A stretch of 53,649 nt of DNA, taken from positions 1-53,649 of the forward strand of contig WQVI01000001.1 in assembly GCA_009781625.1 (NCBI GenBank). Direction: 5' to 3'. The stretch is from Defluviitaleaceae bacterium (lineage in GTDB: Bacteria; Bacillota; Clostridia; Lachnospirales; WRAX01). A model generated the notes under the pieces. It was not told the origin of the DNA. It did no database searches and was given only the letters and a program-made list of their open reading frames with translations. Below, in pieces: positions 26,252 to 35,336 of this stretch (positions within the stretch are counted from its first letter, which is position 1; each line of letters begins with the position of its first letter). A program made the position numbers and the translations under genes.

Positions 26252-28878
26252 AAAAAGAGCTGGAAAGCAAATACAACCCAAAAACCGTTGAGGACAGGCT
26301 TTATGCCCAATGGCTTGCCCGCGGCTATTTTCACGCCGAGGTGGATGAAAGCAAAGAGCCATACACCATCATGATACCGCCGCCAAATATCACAAGTCAG
26401 CTGCATTTGGGCCACGCCTTTGAAGCGACATTAATTGACATTTTGATACGCTTCAAGCGTATGCAAGGCTATAACGCGCTGTGGATGCCTGGTACAGACC
26501 ACGCCGCCATTGCCACTGAAGTAAAAATTGTGGAAGATATGGCGAAGGATGGTGTCACAAAGTCCGACCTTGGGCGTGATGGCTTTATGGAGCGCGCATG
26601 GGAATGGTATGACAAATATGGGTCTACCATAATTAACCAACTGAAAAAAATGGGTAGTAGCTGCGACTGGGAGCGTACACGCTTTACCATGGATGAAGGC
26701 CTATCTGATGCGGTTTTGGAAGTTTTCGTGCGCCTATATGAAAAAGGCCTCATCTATCGCGGCGAAAGGCTGGTAAACTGGTGTACACAGTGTAAAACCA
26801 GCATCTCTGATGCCGAAGTGGAGCACGATGAAAAGCAGGGTGGCTTTTGGCATTTTAAATATCCCGTAAAGGACATGCCTGATACCTTCGTGCAGTTTGC
26901 AACAACCCGGCCAGAAACCATGCTTGGCGACGTTGCCATCGCCGTAAACCCTGATGACGAGCGTTATGCACACCTTATCGGCAAAACTGCCGTTATGCCT
27001 ATATTAGGCCGCGAAATGCCCATAATCGCCGACAGTTACGTAAAAACAGACTTTGGCACGGGCATGGTGAAAATTACTCCCGCCCATGATTTTAATGACT
27101 TTGAAATTGGCACGCGACACAGCCTGCCAAATATTAACATAATGAATGACGATGGTACCATCAATGAAAATGGCGGAGCCTATACAGGGCTTGACCGCTA
27201 CGCCGCCAGAAAACAGATTGTAGCCGAAATGGACGGCCTTGGGCTTTTTGTAAAAAAAGAGGATATCACACATTCTGTTGGTGCCCATGACCGTTGCCAC
27301 ACCGTGGTAGAGCCCCTTATCAAGCTTCAATGGTTTGTGGCCATGGAAACCCTTGCAAAGCCCGCGCTGGATGCCTACAAAAATAATGAGCTGCGCGTGA
27401 TACCTCCGCGTTTCGGCAAAGTCTACTCCCATTGGCTGGAAAATATTAGAGATTGGTGCATTTCGCGCCAACTGTGGTGGGGCCATCGCATCCCTGCCTA
27501 TTACTGTAACTGCGGTGAAATTGTCGTTGCAAAGTCCACACCGAATAAATGCCCAAAGTGTAGCGGCACAAACTTCACACAAGACGAAGATAGCTTGGAC
27601 ACTTGGTTTTCATCGGCGCTATGGCCATTTTCCACGCTGGGATGGCCAAAGCAAACCGAAGAGCTAAAATACTTCTACCCAACAAATGTTCTTACCTGTG
27701 GCTACGAAATCCTGTTTTTCTGGGTTATACGCATGGTGTTCTCCGGACTGGAATTTATGGGAGAGCTACCTTTCAAAGATGTCTACATTCACGGCATTAT
27801 GCGGGATGAGCAAGGGCGCAAAATGAGCAAATCTCTCGGAAACGGCATAGACCCCCTGGAGGTTATTGAAACATACGGTGCCGATGCCCTGCGCTTTTCG
27901 CTGGCTACAGGCAACAGCCCCGGTAACGACCTGCGCTTTTACACCGAAAAGGTGGAAGCCAGCCGCAACTTCCTTAACAAAATTTGGAATAGCACCCGCT
28001 TTATCATGATGAATTTGGGTGATGAGGTGCCAACAGTTGATATCACAGACCTTACAGCCGCTGATAGATGGATAGTGTCGCTGTCAAACCGCCTTGTAGC
28101 TGATGTCACCCAAAATATAGATAACTACGAGCTTGGAATGGCCGCCGATAAAGTCCATAGCTTTATGTGGGACGAATTTTGCGATTGGTATATTGAAATG
28201 GCCAAGCCACGCCTATATGGTGATGACGACGGCACGCGCAATGCCGCGCTATGGACACTGACCCATGTGCTGACATGCGGCCTAAAGCTGCTGCACCCCT
28301 TTATCCCCTTTATCACCGAGGAAGTGTATACCACTTTGGGTGCAGGCGACAGTATCATGATTTCAGAATGGCCAAAATACGAAGAAAAGTACAATTTTGC
28401 CGCCGAAGAGGCCCAGGTAGAAAGCATCAAAGAAGCCGTGCGTGCCATCCGCAATGTACGCGCCAACATGAATGTACCCCCATCGCGCCGCGCTAAAGTA
28501 TTTGTGGTGTCAGATAGCGATGCTACACGCCAGATTTTTGAAAGTGGTGCAAAATATGTTATGGCTTTGGCATCGGCGGCCGAGGTTATCGTCCAAGCTG
28601 ACAAGGCTGGCATAGAAAACAACGCCGTGTCCATCGTAGTGCCCGGTGCTGAAATTTTCATACCTTTTGCAGACTTGGTGGACATCGAGAAGGAAAAGGA
28701 AAGGCTTGCCAAAGAAGCAGACAAACTAACAAAAGAAGTAGAGCGCGTGGCAGCAAAGCTGAATAATCCCGGCTTTGTGGACAAGGCGCCGCAAAAGGTT
28801 GTTGATGAGGAGAAAGAGAAAGAGAAGAAATATAGGGAAATGCTAGCGGCAGTGGAAAAGCAATTAGCAGCTTTATAA
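26248..28878 (+). CDS. valS: Valine--tRNA ligase
   Basis: 876 aa with PPPNITSQLHLGHA (HIGH), KMSKSLGN (KMSKS) and a C-terminal coiled coil. Confidence 0.97.
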   Translation: MKKELESKYNPKTVEDRLYAQWLARGYFHAEVDESKEPYTIMIPPPNITSQLHLGHAFEATLIDILIRFKRMQGYNALWMPGTDHAAIATEVKIVEDMAKDGVTKSDLGRDGFMERAWEWYDKYGSTIINQLKKMGSSCDWERTRFTMDEGLSDAVLEVFVRLYEKGLIYRGERLVNWCTQCKTSISDAEVEHDEKQGGFWHFKYPVKDMPDTFVQFATTRPETMLGDVAIAVNPDDERYAHLIGKTAVMPILGREMPIIADSYVKTDFGTGMVKITPAHDFNDFEIGTRHSLPNINIMNDDGTINENGGAYTGLDRYAARKQIVAEMDGLGLFVKKEDITHSVGAHDRCHTVVEPLIKLQWFVAMETLAKPALDAYKNNELRVIPPRFGKVYSHWLENIRDWCISRQLWWGHRIPAYYCNCGEIVVAKSTPNKCPKCSGTNFTQDEDSLDTWFSSALWPFSTLGWPKQTEELKYFYPTNVLTCGYEILFFWVIRMVFSGLEFMGELPFKDVYIHGIMRDEQGRKMSKSLGNGIDPLEVIETYGADALRFSLATGNSPGNDLRFYTEKVEASRNFLNKIWNSTRFIMMNLGDEVPTVDITDLTAADRWIVSLSNRLVADVTQNIDNYELGMAADKVHSFMWDEFCDWYIEMAKPRLYGDDDGTRNAALWTLTHVLTCGLKLLHPFIPFITEEVYTTLGAGDSIMISEWPKYEEKYNFAAEEAQVESIKEAVRAIRNVRANMNVPPSRRAKVFVVSDSDATRQIFESGAKYVMALASAAEVIVQADKAGIENNAVSIVVPGAEIFIPFADLVDIEKEKERLAKEADKLTKEVERVAAKLNNPGFVDKAPQKVVDEEKEKEKKYREMLAAVEKQLAAL

Positions 28879-28881
28879 GTA

Positions 28882-28967
28882 ATGTCGGGTAAACCCGACT
28901 AAAAGTAACGACTACAAGTCAAACGTATGGGTTGTACCCTTCACTTCCAGTCGGGTTTACCCGACAT
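28882..28967. repeat. Palindromic intergenic element between valS and pheT
   Basis: atgtcgggtaaacccgact (28882-28900) is the exact reverse complement of agtcgggtttacccgacat (28949-28967). Each arm is also a small hairpin (gtcggg-taaa-cccgac). Confidence 0.75.
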
Positions 28968-28987
28968 CACCCATCAAGGAGGCATAT

Positions 28988-31366
28988 ATGAAAGTTCCAA
29001 TTTCTTGGCTAAAAGACTATGTTGAAATAAGCTGCGACACTGCCACGCTGGCCGACAAAATGACCATGAGCGGCAGCAAAGTCGAAGCAATAGAGCATCT
29101 GGGCGCCGACATCACCGGCGTTGTGGTGGGCAAAATCGCGAAAATAGCACCCCACCCTAATGCTGACAAGCTTGTCATCACAACCGTGGACGTAGGTGTT
29201 ACAGAGCCCGTGCAGATAGTCACAGGTGCCACCAACCTCACAGAAGGCGACTACATCCCTGTTGCCCTGCATGGCGCAAACCTGGCTGACGGCTTAAAAA
29301 TAAAGAAGGGTAAGATACGCGGCGAAGTGTCCGAAGGGATGCTGTGCTCTATTGAAGAGATGGGCTCAACCCGCGCGGATTACCCCGAGGCTCCCGAGGA
29401 CGGCATCTATATCTTTGCAGAGCCACAACCCCTTGGTGCAGATGCCCGCCCAATTTTGGGACTTTTGGACGATGTACTGGAATTTGAAATTACTTCCAAC
29501 CGCCCGGACTGCTTTTCCGTAATTGGCCTGGCCAGGGAAGCGTCTGCGACGCTTAATGTTGAATTAGGAATGATGAATTATGAATTGAAGGAAGAAGGCA
29601 GCGGTGTTGCGCGGCATTTGATTGATGTGGAGATTGCAAATGCAGAGCTTTGCCCGAGATATATCGCCCGCATTGTGCAAAATGTGAAAATTGGGCCTTC
29701 GCCCCAGTGGCTGCGTCGTCGCCTTATCGCTTGCGGCTTGCGGCCTGTTAACAACATCGTTGACATCACAAATTATGTTATGCTGGAATATGGCCAGCCC
29801 ATGCACGCCTTTGATATCGGCGCAATTGAGGGCCATATCATTGTGCGCAACGCCGAAGAGGGAGAAAAAATAACCACGCTGGATGGTGAAGAGCGCACGC
29901 TTGACGCTGATATGCTGGTAATTGCCGACACAAAAAAAGCCGTGGGCATCGCTGGCGTGATGGGTGGCGAATTTTCCAAGATAACGGATGACACAACTAC
30001 TATTTTGTTTGAATCCGCCAACTTTAGCGGCCCAAACATACGCCAAACGGCCAAGAGGCTTGGCGTGCGTACAGATTCTTCCGCTAAATACGAAAAGGGT
30101 CTGGACCCCAATTTGGCGTTGCTTTGCGTAAATCGCGCCTGTGCGCTGGTGGAAGAGCTAGCCTGCGGCGACGTTGTGCCTGAAATGGTAGACCGCTACC
30201 CAAACCCGCGCACAAAGGGCGAAGTGCCTTTTACAACAGAGCAAATTAACACCCATTTGGGCCTTAACCTTACTTGTGCAGAAATGGACGATATTTTCGC
30301 GCGGCTGGGCATAACAGTTGAAAACAATGTGGCCACGGTGCCAACCTATCGCCATGACCTTCAAATTTGGCAGGACTTGTCAGAAGAAGTGGCCCGCCTT
30401 TACGGTTACGACAATATCCCTACGGTGGTTGCATCGTCGTCCAATGTGGGCAAGAAAAGTGACACGCAAATGATGGAAGATGCTCTGGTAGACATCATGG
30501 TGACGCAGGGCTATTGCCAGGCATTGACCTATGCCTTCGAGAGCCCCAAAGTTTTTGATAAGCTACAATTTGAAGCAGATTCACCTCTACGCAATGCCGT
30601 GCGCATCACAAATCCCTTGGGCGAGGATACCAGCATAATGCGCACCACCATGCTAAATTCTATGCTAACATCCCTTGGTGCAAACTACGCCAAGCGCAAC
30701 AACGAAGCCGCACTGTTTGAGTTAGCTAAAATTTACCATCCGGTGGAGTCCCCAACGGACTTGCCTGATGAAAAAAAGATTTTGATGATAGGATATTACG
30801 GCGACGCGGGCTTTTTCCATGTGAAGGGCCTTGTGGAAGCCGTTGCAGAAAGATTCGGCATTGCCCAACAGCACTTTGCCGCCGAAAAGTCTCTGCCATT
30901 TTTCCATCCGGGCCGCTGTGGCCAGCTTTTTGCAAATGAAGAGCTTCTGGCAACCTTCGGGCAAGTACATCCCGCCGTAGCCGAAGCCTACGAAATTGGC
31001 CGCGAAGCCTATCTGGCATATTTCTACGTGGATACCCTTTTTGCCCACGCAAATATGGCCATAACATATGCCCCGCTGGCGCGCTATCCTGAAATTTCCC
31101 GCGACATCGCCATTGTGGTGGAAAATCGCATAATAAATGGCGACCTCATGGCCATCATCAAGAAAAATGGCGGCAAATATCTTCGCAGCCTCACATTGTT
31201 TGATGTTTACGAGGGCAAAAATGTCCCAGAGGACACAAAATCCATGGCTTACAGCCTTGTTTTCCGCGCTGATGACAGGACATTAACAGACGAAGAAATT
31301 GCCAAAACCATGACGAAAATTGTGACAGCATTGCAAGATGCCTACGGCGCACAGCTGCGCGGCTAA
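28988..31366 (+). CDS. pheT: Phenylalanine--tRNA ligase beta subunit
   Basis: 792 aa with MKVPISWLKDYV and a tRNA-binding domain, B3/4, B5 and FDX-ACB organisation. Confidence 0.95.
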   Translation: MKVPISWLKDYVEISCDTATLADKMTMSGSKVEAIEHLGADITGVVVGKIAKIAPHPNADKLVITTVDVGVTEPVQIVTGATNLTEGDYIPVALHGANLADGLKIKKGKIRGEVSEGMLCSIEEMGSTRADYPEAPEDGIYIFAEPQPLGADARPILGLLDDVLEFEITSNRPDCFSVIGLAREASATLNVELGMMNYELKEEGSGVARHLIDVEIANAELCPRYIARIVQNVKIGPSPQWLRRRLIACGLRPVNNIVDITNYVMLEYGQPMHAFDIGAIEGHIIVRNAEEGEKITTLDGEERTLDADMLVIADTKKAVGIAGVMGGEFSKITDDTTTILFESANFSGPNIRQTAKRLGVRTDSSAKYEKGLDPNLALLCVNRACALVEELACGDVVPEMVDRYPNPRTKGEVPFTTEQINTHLGLNLTCAEMDDIFARLGITVENNVATVPTYRHDLQIWQDLSEEVARLYGYDNIPTVVASSSNVGKKSDTQMMEDALVDIMVTQGYCQALTYAFESPKVFDKLQFEADSPLRNAVRITNPLGEDTSIMRTTMLNSMLTSLGANYAKRNNEAALFELAKIYHPVESPTDLPDEKKILMIGYYGDAGFFHVKGLVEAVAERFGIAQQHFAAEKSLPFFHPGRCGQLFANEELLATFGQVHPAVAEAYEIGREAYLAYFYVDTLFAHANMAITYAPLARYPEISRDIAIVVENRIINGDLMAIIKKNGGKYLRSLTLFDVYEGKNVPEDTKSMAYSLVFRADDRTLTDEEIAKTMTKIVTALQDAYGAQLRG

Positions 31367-31377
31367 GCCAAGGAAGA

Positions 31378-31544
31378 CTAGGGCCTGTTCCCACTATAAG
31401 AAAATGCAGATTTGCGAGGCGATTTTTCGCCAGGCAAGGAGCCGACGACGACGCGTGTCTAGAGACACGCTAGGAGAAGGCGACGCAGAATGGCGGAAAC
31501 ATCGACCGCAAATGTGCGTTTTCGTTAGTGGGAACAGGCCCTAG
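31378..31544. repeat. 167-bp MITE-like palindromic element with 19-bp perfect terminal inverted repeats
   Basis: ctagggcctgttcccacta (31378-31396) pairs with tagtgggaacaggccctag (31526-31544). Inner imperfect pairing joins gaaaatgcagatttgcg with cgcaaatgtgcgttttc. The central perfect palindrome is gcgtgtctagagacacgc. Confidence 0.75.
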
Positions 31545-31562
31545 CATATGAACTAAAAGGGT

Positions 31563-31949
31563 GTGGGGCAAATAAAATCCACTAAATTAAAAAAGCTTAT
31601 CTTCATTGCATTAGGGTTTTTCTTCGTAGGGTTAGGGGCTATCGGCATCATTATGCCCCTTTTGCCCACCACCCCCTTTATGCTTTTAGCCGCCATACTA
31701 TTTTCCAAAAGCAGCCAGCGTTTTCACAAATGGCTGCTAAAAAACCGCCTTTTCGGCCCATATATCAGGCATTACGAAAACGGCACCGGCGTGCCAAGGT
31801 CATTAAAAATAAGAACCCTTATCTTCCTTTGGGTGGGCCTTATCTCTTCCGCCATCTTGCTTAACACACCGTGGGTGTATTTTTTGCTGTTGGCAGTAGG
31901 CATTGGGGTTACAACGCATATCGTGCTAATTAAGAGAAGGGTCATTTAG
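31563..31949 (+). CDS. YbaN family (DUF454) inner membrane protein
   Basis: GLGAIGIIMPLLPTTPFMLLAAILFSKSS.RFHKWL is typical of YbaN. GTG start. Confidence 0.75.
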   Translation: MGQIKSTKLKKLIFIALGFFFVGLGAIGIIMPLLPTTPFMLLAAILFSKSSQRFHKWLLKNRLFGPYIRHYENGTGVPRSLKIRTLIFLWVGLISSAILLNTPWVYFLLLAVGIGVTTHIVLIKRRVI

Positions 31950-34013
31950 TACTTTTTGAATTTTTGATTTTGAAATTAAATAGACATCACCCATAACCTC
32001 AAGCTGCCCATCTTTTACCCGCATGGTGCTTTCTTCACATGCCACATACACGTCAATTTCCTCAGATAGAGGTATCAGATAGTTTTTGGTATGTGCTTGT
32101 TGTGCCAAAGTTTCAAGGGTGCATACAGCATGAGATTGAAGCGCGAAATTGTCAAGCCCAAGCCCGTTAAAAATTTCGGCAGGCTCTCTGTTGTTGTCGT
32201 CAATATACTTTCCATAAGCAAATTTTGCGCACATGTTCATGCCGCCGGCACTTGCCCCCATTATGACGGTGGCGCGGCTTTGCTTGATAACATCCGATAT
32301 TTCATATTCTTTTATAAAGGCATGAAGCCGGTCGCAATAGCCGCCATGCAAGAGGATGGCAGAGGCATTTGTCAGCAATTTATGCGCTTCTTCTTTGCTA
32401 ACGCGATAGTCGATAGAATGGTAATTTTCAAACACAACACCGGCAGCCTCAAACCATTTGTTTTTCGTAAAATCCAGCCATTCGTCATTTGTCTTATGTT
32501 CCGCCGGGGATGTGTAAATTATTGCAAGGGATTTTTTGTCAGGCATGTCATTGTTAAGCATCTGCCCAACCTCTTTGGGCATCGTACCATTAAACCAACC
32601 AAAATAATAATGAGTTTTTTTCATAAAGTCACCTTCCATTCGATATTCATTCTCAATTTTTTTCATCAATCCATCGTCCAGCCCCAAAAACCTGCAAATT
32701 TTCAGCGCGTCCTTTGGGATGGGGTCGTTTGCGCGGGCTTGGATGAGGCGATAATCCATAAAATCTGCGATGCGCCCAGCTGCGTGTAAATTAATATCAC
32801 CGGGCAAATTGGTAAGCCCAGAAACACGATAATACTGGGCTTTAGGTGCCGTAACACCGTCATAATGGGTGGATATCAGGCACACAGAGCCGCTTTGGGA
32901 AAGCCATGCCGCGGCAGCGCGCACAATGGCCGCCCCTTCCGCGGGATTTGTGGCGCGGGCGGGCTCGTCCAGGGCAACAAAGAGAAAATCGCGCCGCAGA
33001 CGGTCTGCAAGGGCATTAAGGCGCAAAACCTCGCCGCCAAAGCTGGATAGGCCGTGGGCAGTGTCTTGCAAATCCTGCGACACCAGAAAAATGCCGTCAA
33101 ACAGCGGTATTTCAGCCTCGTGCGCAAAGATGGGTATGCCCAGCGCGCATAGTGCCACATTTAGTGCGGCGGTTTTTATGGCCACGCTTTTGCCGCCCAT
33201 GTTTGCGCCTGTGATGATGGCAACACCCACGTCCGGCGTAAGCGTAACGGGCGTCATAACGCGGCCGCTTTGCGCCAAGGATGCCGATATCATAGGATTT
33301 GTCATGTCTCTTAGCATCACAGCAGTTTTACCAACTTTTGGCCTCACCGCCCCATGCTGCACGGCCAGCGCGGCCTTGGCCATGGCCAGGTCTAAGTCAC
33401 CCAGGCTTTCGATATTGCTGTTAAATGTCGGTAAATGTATGCGCAAACCAGCGGATAGCTCCGCCATAATGCGCATTTCCTCGGCATCTTCGGCGGCCAC
33501 AATCTCTTCCCACCGTGGCTTGTGTTCAGCGCTGTTTTTCTCGCGCCGTATAGCCGCCAACTGCGGTGAAAAACCATCCTCTATGGAAAACGGCGCAATA
33601 CGCGCCTTTTGCGGGTCTAGGATGTCCAGCGCCTTTGCCATGGGCGCAAAGGGCATGTCTACCAGACCCAATTGCGCGTCAACCTCGCTATAGGCCGCCA
33701 GAAAGCTTTCAAATGTCAGCAAAAAGCCTTTGATCTCAAATAGCTCTACCTCGTTTAGTGCTAAGCCCTCGCATTTGGCCAAAGTGCCGCGTATATTCTT
33801 GAAATGCACCATAATACCGCGCAAACCATCCAAATTCTGCCCCATCAGCTTTTCAATGTTGTCAAAACAGCGGTTTGCCGCGTCTTCTTCGCCACGCGCA
33901 AAGGGTGCTATTTGCCTAAGCTTTTCCGCACCGTAGGGCGTTGCCGGTGATAGCTGTTTCAAAACAAAATCAAGGCCGATGGCCTCTTTTTGGGCGTTGT
34001 CTAGTCCCAGCAT
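31926..34013 (-). CDS. MutS-like ATPase (MutS domain V) fused to a C-terminal peptidase S51 / class-I amidotransferase-like domain
   Basis: N-terminal ~460 aa carry ITGANMGGKSVAIKT (Walker A), FVALDEP (Walker B) and STHY. The C-terminal ~230 aa from MKKTHYYFGW carry LLHGGY and VIMGASAGGMNMC, which are S51-like. No stop codon separates the two parts. Confidence 0.7.
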   Translation of the reverse strand: MLGLDNAQKEAIGLDFVLKQLSPATPYGAEKLRQIAPFARGEEDAANRCFDNIEKLMGQNLDGLRGIMVHFKNIRGTLAKCEGLALNEVELFEIKGFLLTFESFLAAYSEVDAQLGLVDMPFAPMAKALDILDPQKARIAPFSIEDGFSPQLAAIRREKNSAEHKPRWEEIVAAEDAEEMRIMAELSAGLRIHLPTFNSNIESLGDLDLAMAKAALAVQHGAVRPKVGKTAVMLRDMTNPMISASLAQSGRVMTPVTLTPDVGVAIITGANMGGKSVAIKTAALNVALCALGIPIFAHEAEIPLFDGIFLVSQDLQDTAHGLSSFGGEVLRLNALADRLRRDFLFVALDEPARATNPAEGAAIVRAAAAWLSQSGSVCLISTHYDGVTAPKAQYYRVSGLTNLPGDINLHAAGRIADFMDYRLIQARANDPIPKDALKICRFLGLDDGLMKKIENEYRMEGDFMKKTHYYFGWFNGTMPKEVGQMLNNDMPDKKSLAIIYTSPAEHKTNDEWLDFTKNKWFEAAGVVFENYHSIDYRVSKEEAHKLLTNASAILLHGGYCDRLHAFIKEYEISDVIKQSRATVIMGASAGGMNMCAKFAYGKYIDDNNREPAEIFNGLGLDNFALQSHAVCTLETLAQQAHTKNYLIPLSEEIDVYVACEESTMRVKDGQLEVMGDVYLISKSKIQKVLNDPSLN

Positions 34014-34894
34014 AAATTTGTCCCCCCGATGTCAAAAACTGGCACAGGCAGTGCCTCACGCATCTTCTCTAGAAATTCCGCGCTATCAAAGCCATGGCCA
34101 TAGGGCGAAACAGGGTTTATCGTCACCGCAGCAAGATTTATGCGCCGCTTAACAGCCAGCGAGCCACCGCGTATGCGCACTTTCTGGGCAGTAGCAGGTG
34201 TGATAAGAATTTTCGCGGCATCATCCGCCACGATATAACAGTCGTAATTATCAGCAACTTTAGCGTCTGTCACGGCCCCCTCGATGTAAATATGCGTCAA
34301 TGACATATCCGCCTCGGGCAAGCAAAAGATATCGACTATATGCCGGGTTTGCGCGATTACACCATCCATGCTTTTGGACAACGACGCACCCGTCGCCAGC
34401 ACCACAGCATCAGCAATGCCGGGCATGGCAAGGCTTTTGCGGCCCACCGCCCCATCAACTATCACCTTGTCCGCGCCAAACCCGCGCAAATCCTTCACCA
34501 GCGAGGCAGCTTGCGCTGTGATGGACGGCCCCGCAATTTGCGCAAAGCCCGCCGACAGCGCGCGCATCACAACAATGCGGCCAAGGGGGGTGCCAATATC
34601 TGTCACGTCCAAAATTTCTTTTGTGATGTCGCACAGGCCGCGCTGTACCAGCAGCTTTTCCGCCGTGGCAATGATGCTGCCTCGCGGCACAAAAATACGC
34701 GGTTTTGGCGTACCCGTAACCGCATCAATTTCTTCACCGTCAAGGCCAATGCTCGTCAGCCCAAGGCGTACGGCGTTTTGCGCACCAAAGCCTTGTATCA
34801 AATAATTAAGCGTGGTGGTTTTACCCGCGTTTTTGGCCATACCGGCGATGGCGACGCTGCCGTATGGCATCAAGGTTTCAATCAAAGTTTTCAT
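34001..34894 (-). CDS. P-loop NTPase of unknown family
   Basis: GMAKNAGKTTTLNYL Walker A, 297 aa, overlapping the start of the MutS-like gene. Confidence 0.55.
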   Translation of the reverse strand: MKTLIETLMPYGSVAIAGMAKNAGKTTTLNYLIQGFGAQNAVRLGLTSIGLDGEEIDAVTGTPKPRIFVPRGSIIATAEKLLVQRGLCDITKEILDVTDIGTPLGRIVVMRALSAGFAQIAGPSITAQAASLVKDLRGFGADKVIVDGAVGRKSLAMPGIADAVVLATGASLSKSMDGVIAQTRHIVDIFCLPEADMSLTHIYIEGAVTDAKVADNYDCYIVADDAAKILITPATAQKVRIRGGSLAVKRRINLAAVTINPVSPYGHGFDSAEFLEKMREALPVPVFDIGGTNLCWD

Positions 34895-34949
34895 ACATCT
34901 AAGATATCACGCCGCGGGGCTGTTGTAAAGGGAGTGGTGTTAAAATAAT

Positions 34950-35038
34950 TTCAAACCACGAAAGGCACGAAAAACACGAAAGGGGCTTTGTACTTATGTG
35001 GTTTTTTCGTGTCTTTCGTGTTTTTCGTGGTTTGAAAA
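34950..35038. repeat. Long hairpin built from three CACGAAA heptads per arm
   Basis: The left arm is tttcaaaccacgaaaggcacgaaaaacacgaaagg. The right arm is ttttttcgtgtctttcgtgtttttcgtggtttgaaa. Heptads pair, and the 2-nt spacers between them do not. Confidence 0.7.
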
Positions 35039-35058
35039 AATCAATTCTGTTGCGAAAC

Positions 35059-35259
35059 TTACAAGTCCTCTGCCATTTTCTGCATCTCCAGCAAAGCACC
35101 CCTAATTTCTTCATCCTTCTCCGCCACGCTTTCGCCCTTTTCCTTGGCATCCACATAGGCTGTTACTTTAATTGCAAGCATGTGGGCTATAGCCTGCTTG
35201 CAAATCCTTCTGGCAAATGCGTAGGAATGCTCGTCAAAATTTAAATTAGTCCCCAACAA
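35059..35259 (-). CDS. Small acidic helical protein, unknown function
   Basis: 66 aa with a TTG start preceded by aaggaaggtggga. Helical, charged composition. Confidence 0.4.
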   Translation of the reverse strand: MLGTNLNFDEHSYAFARRICKQAIAHMLAIKVTAYVDAKEKGESVAEKDEEIRGALLEMQKMAEDL

Positions 35260-35283
35260 AAAAATCCCACCTTCCTTTTCGGC

Positions 35284-35312
35284 TTGACAATTAAGCCCTG
35301 GTGAGATACAAT
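35284..35312 (+). promoter_or_regulatory. Strong sigma-A type promoter whose -10 box sits in a palindrome
   Basis: TTGACA, 17-nt spacer, TACAAT. The inverted repeat GGTGAGA-tacaatat-TCTCAC spans the -10. Confidence 0.55.
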
Positions 35313-35336
35313 ATTCTCACGGGCTTTGGCTCGGCG

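Noticed and set aside
26200-26260. Expected T-box leaders upstream of valS (and at 28879-28987 upstream of pheT).
   Set aside because: The valS start overlaps the preceding ORF, leaving no leader. The pheT spacer lacks specifier-loop and T-box consensus features.
31338-31544. 68-aa plus-strand ORF after pheT.
   Set aside because: It lies entirely within the palindromic MITE-like element, is Arg-rich and low-complexity, and overlaps the pheT 3' end.
34899-35244. ORFs 34899..35156(-) and 34996..35244(+) with the peptides KTRKTRK and FRVFRVFRG.
   Set aside because: The repetitive peptides are simply translations of the CACGAAA heptad hairpin. There is no SD, and the ORFs overlap each other.
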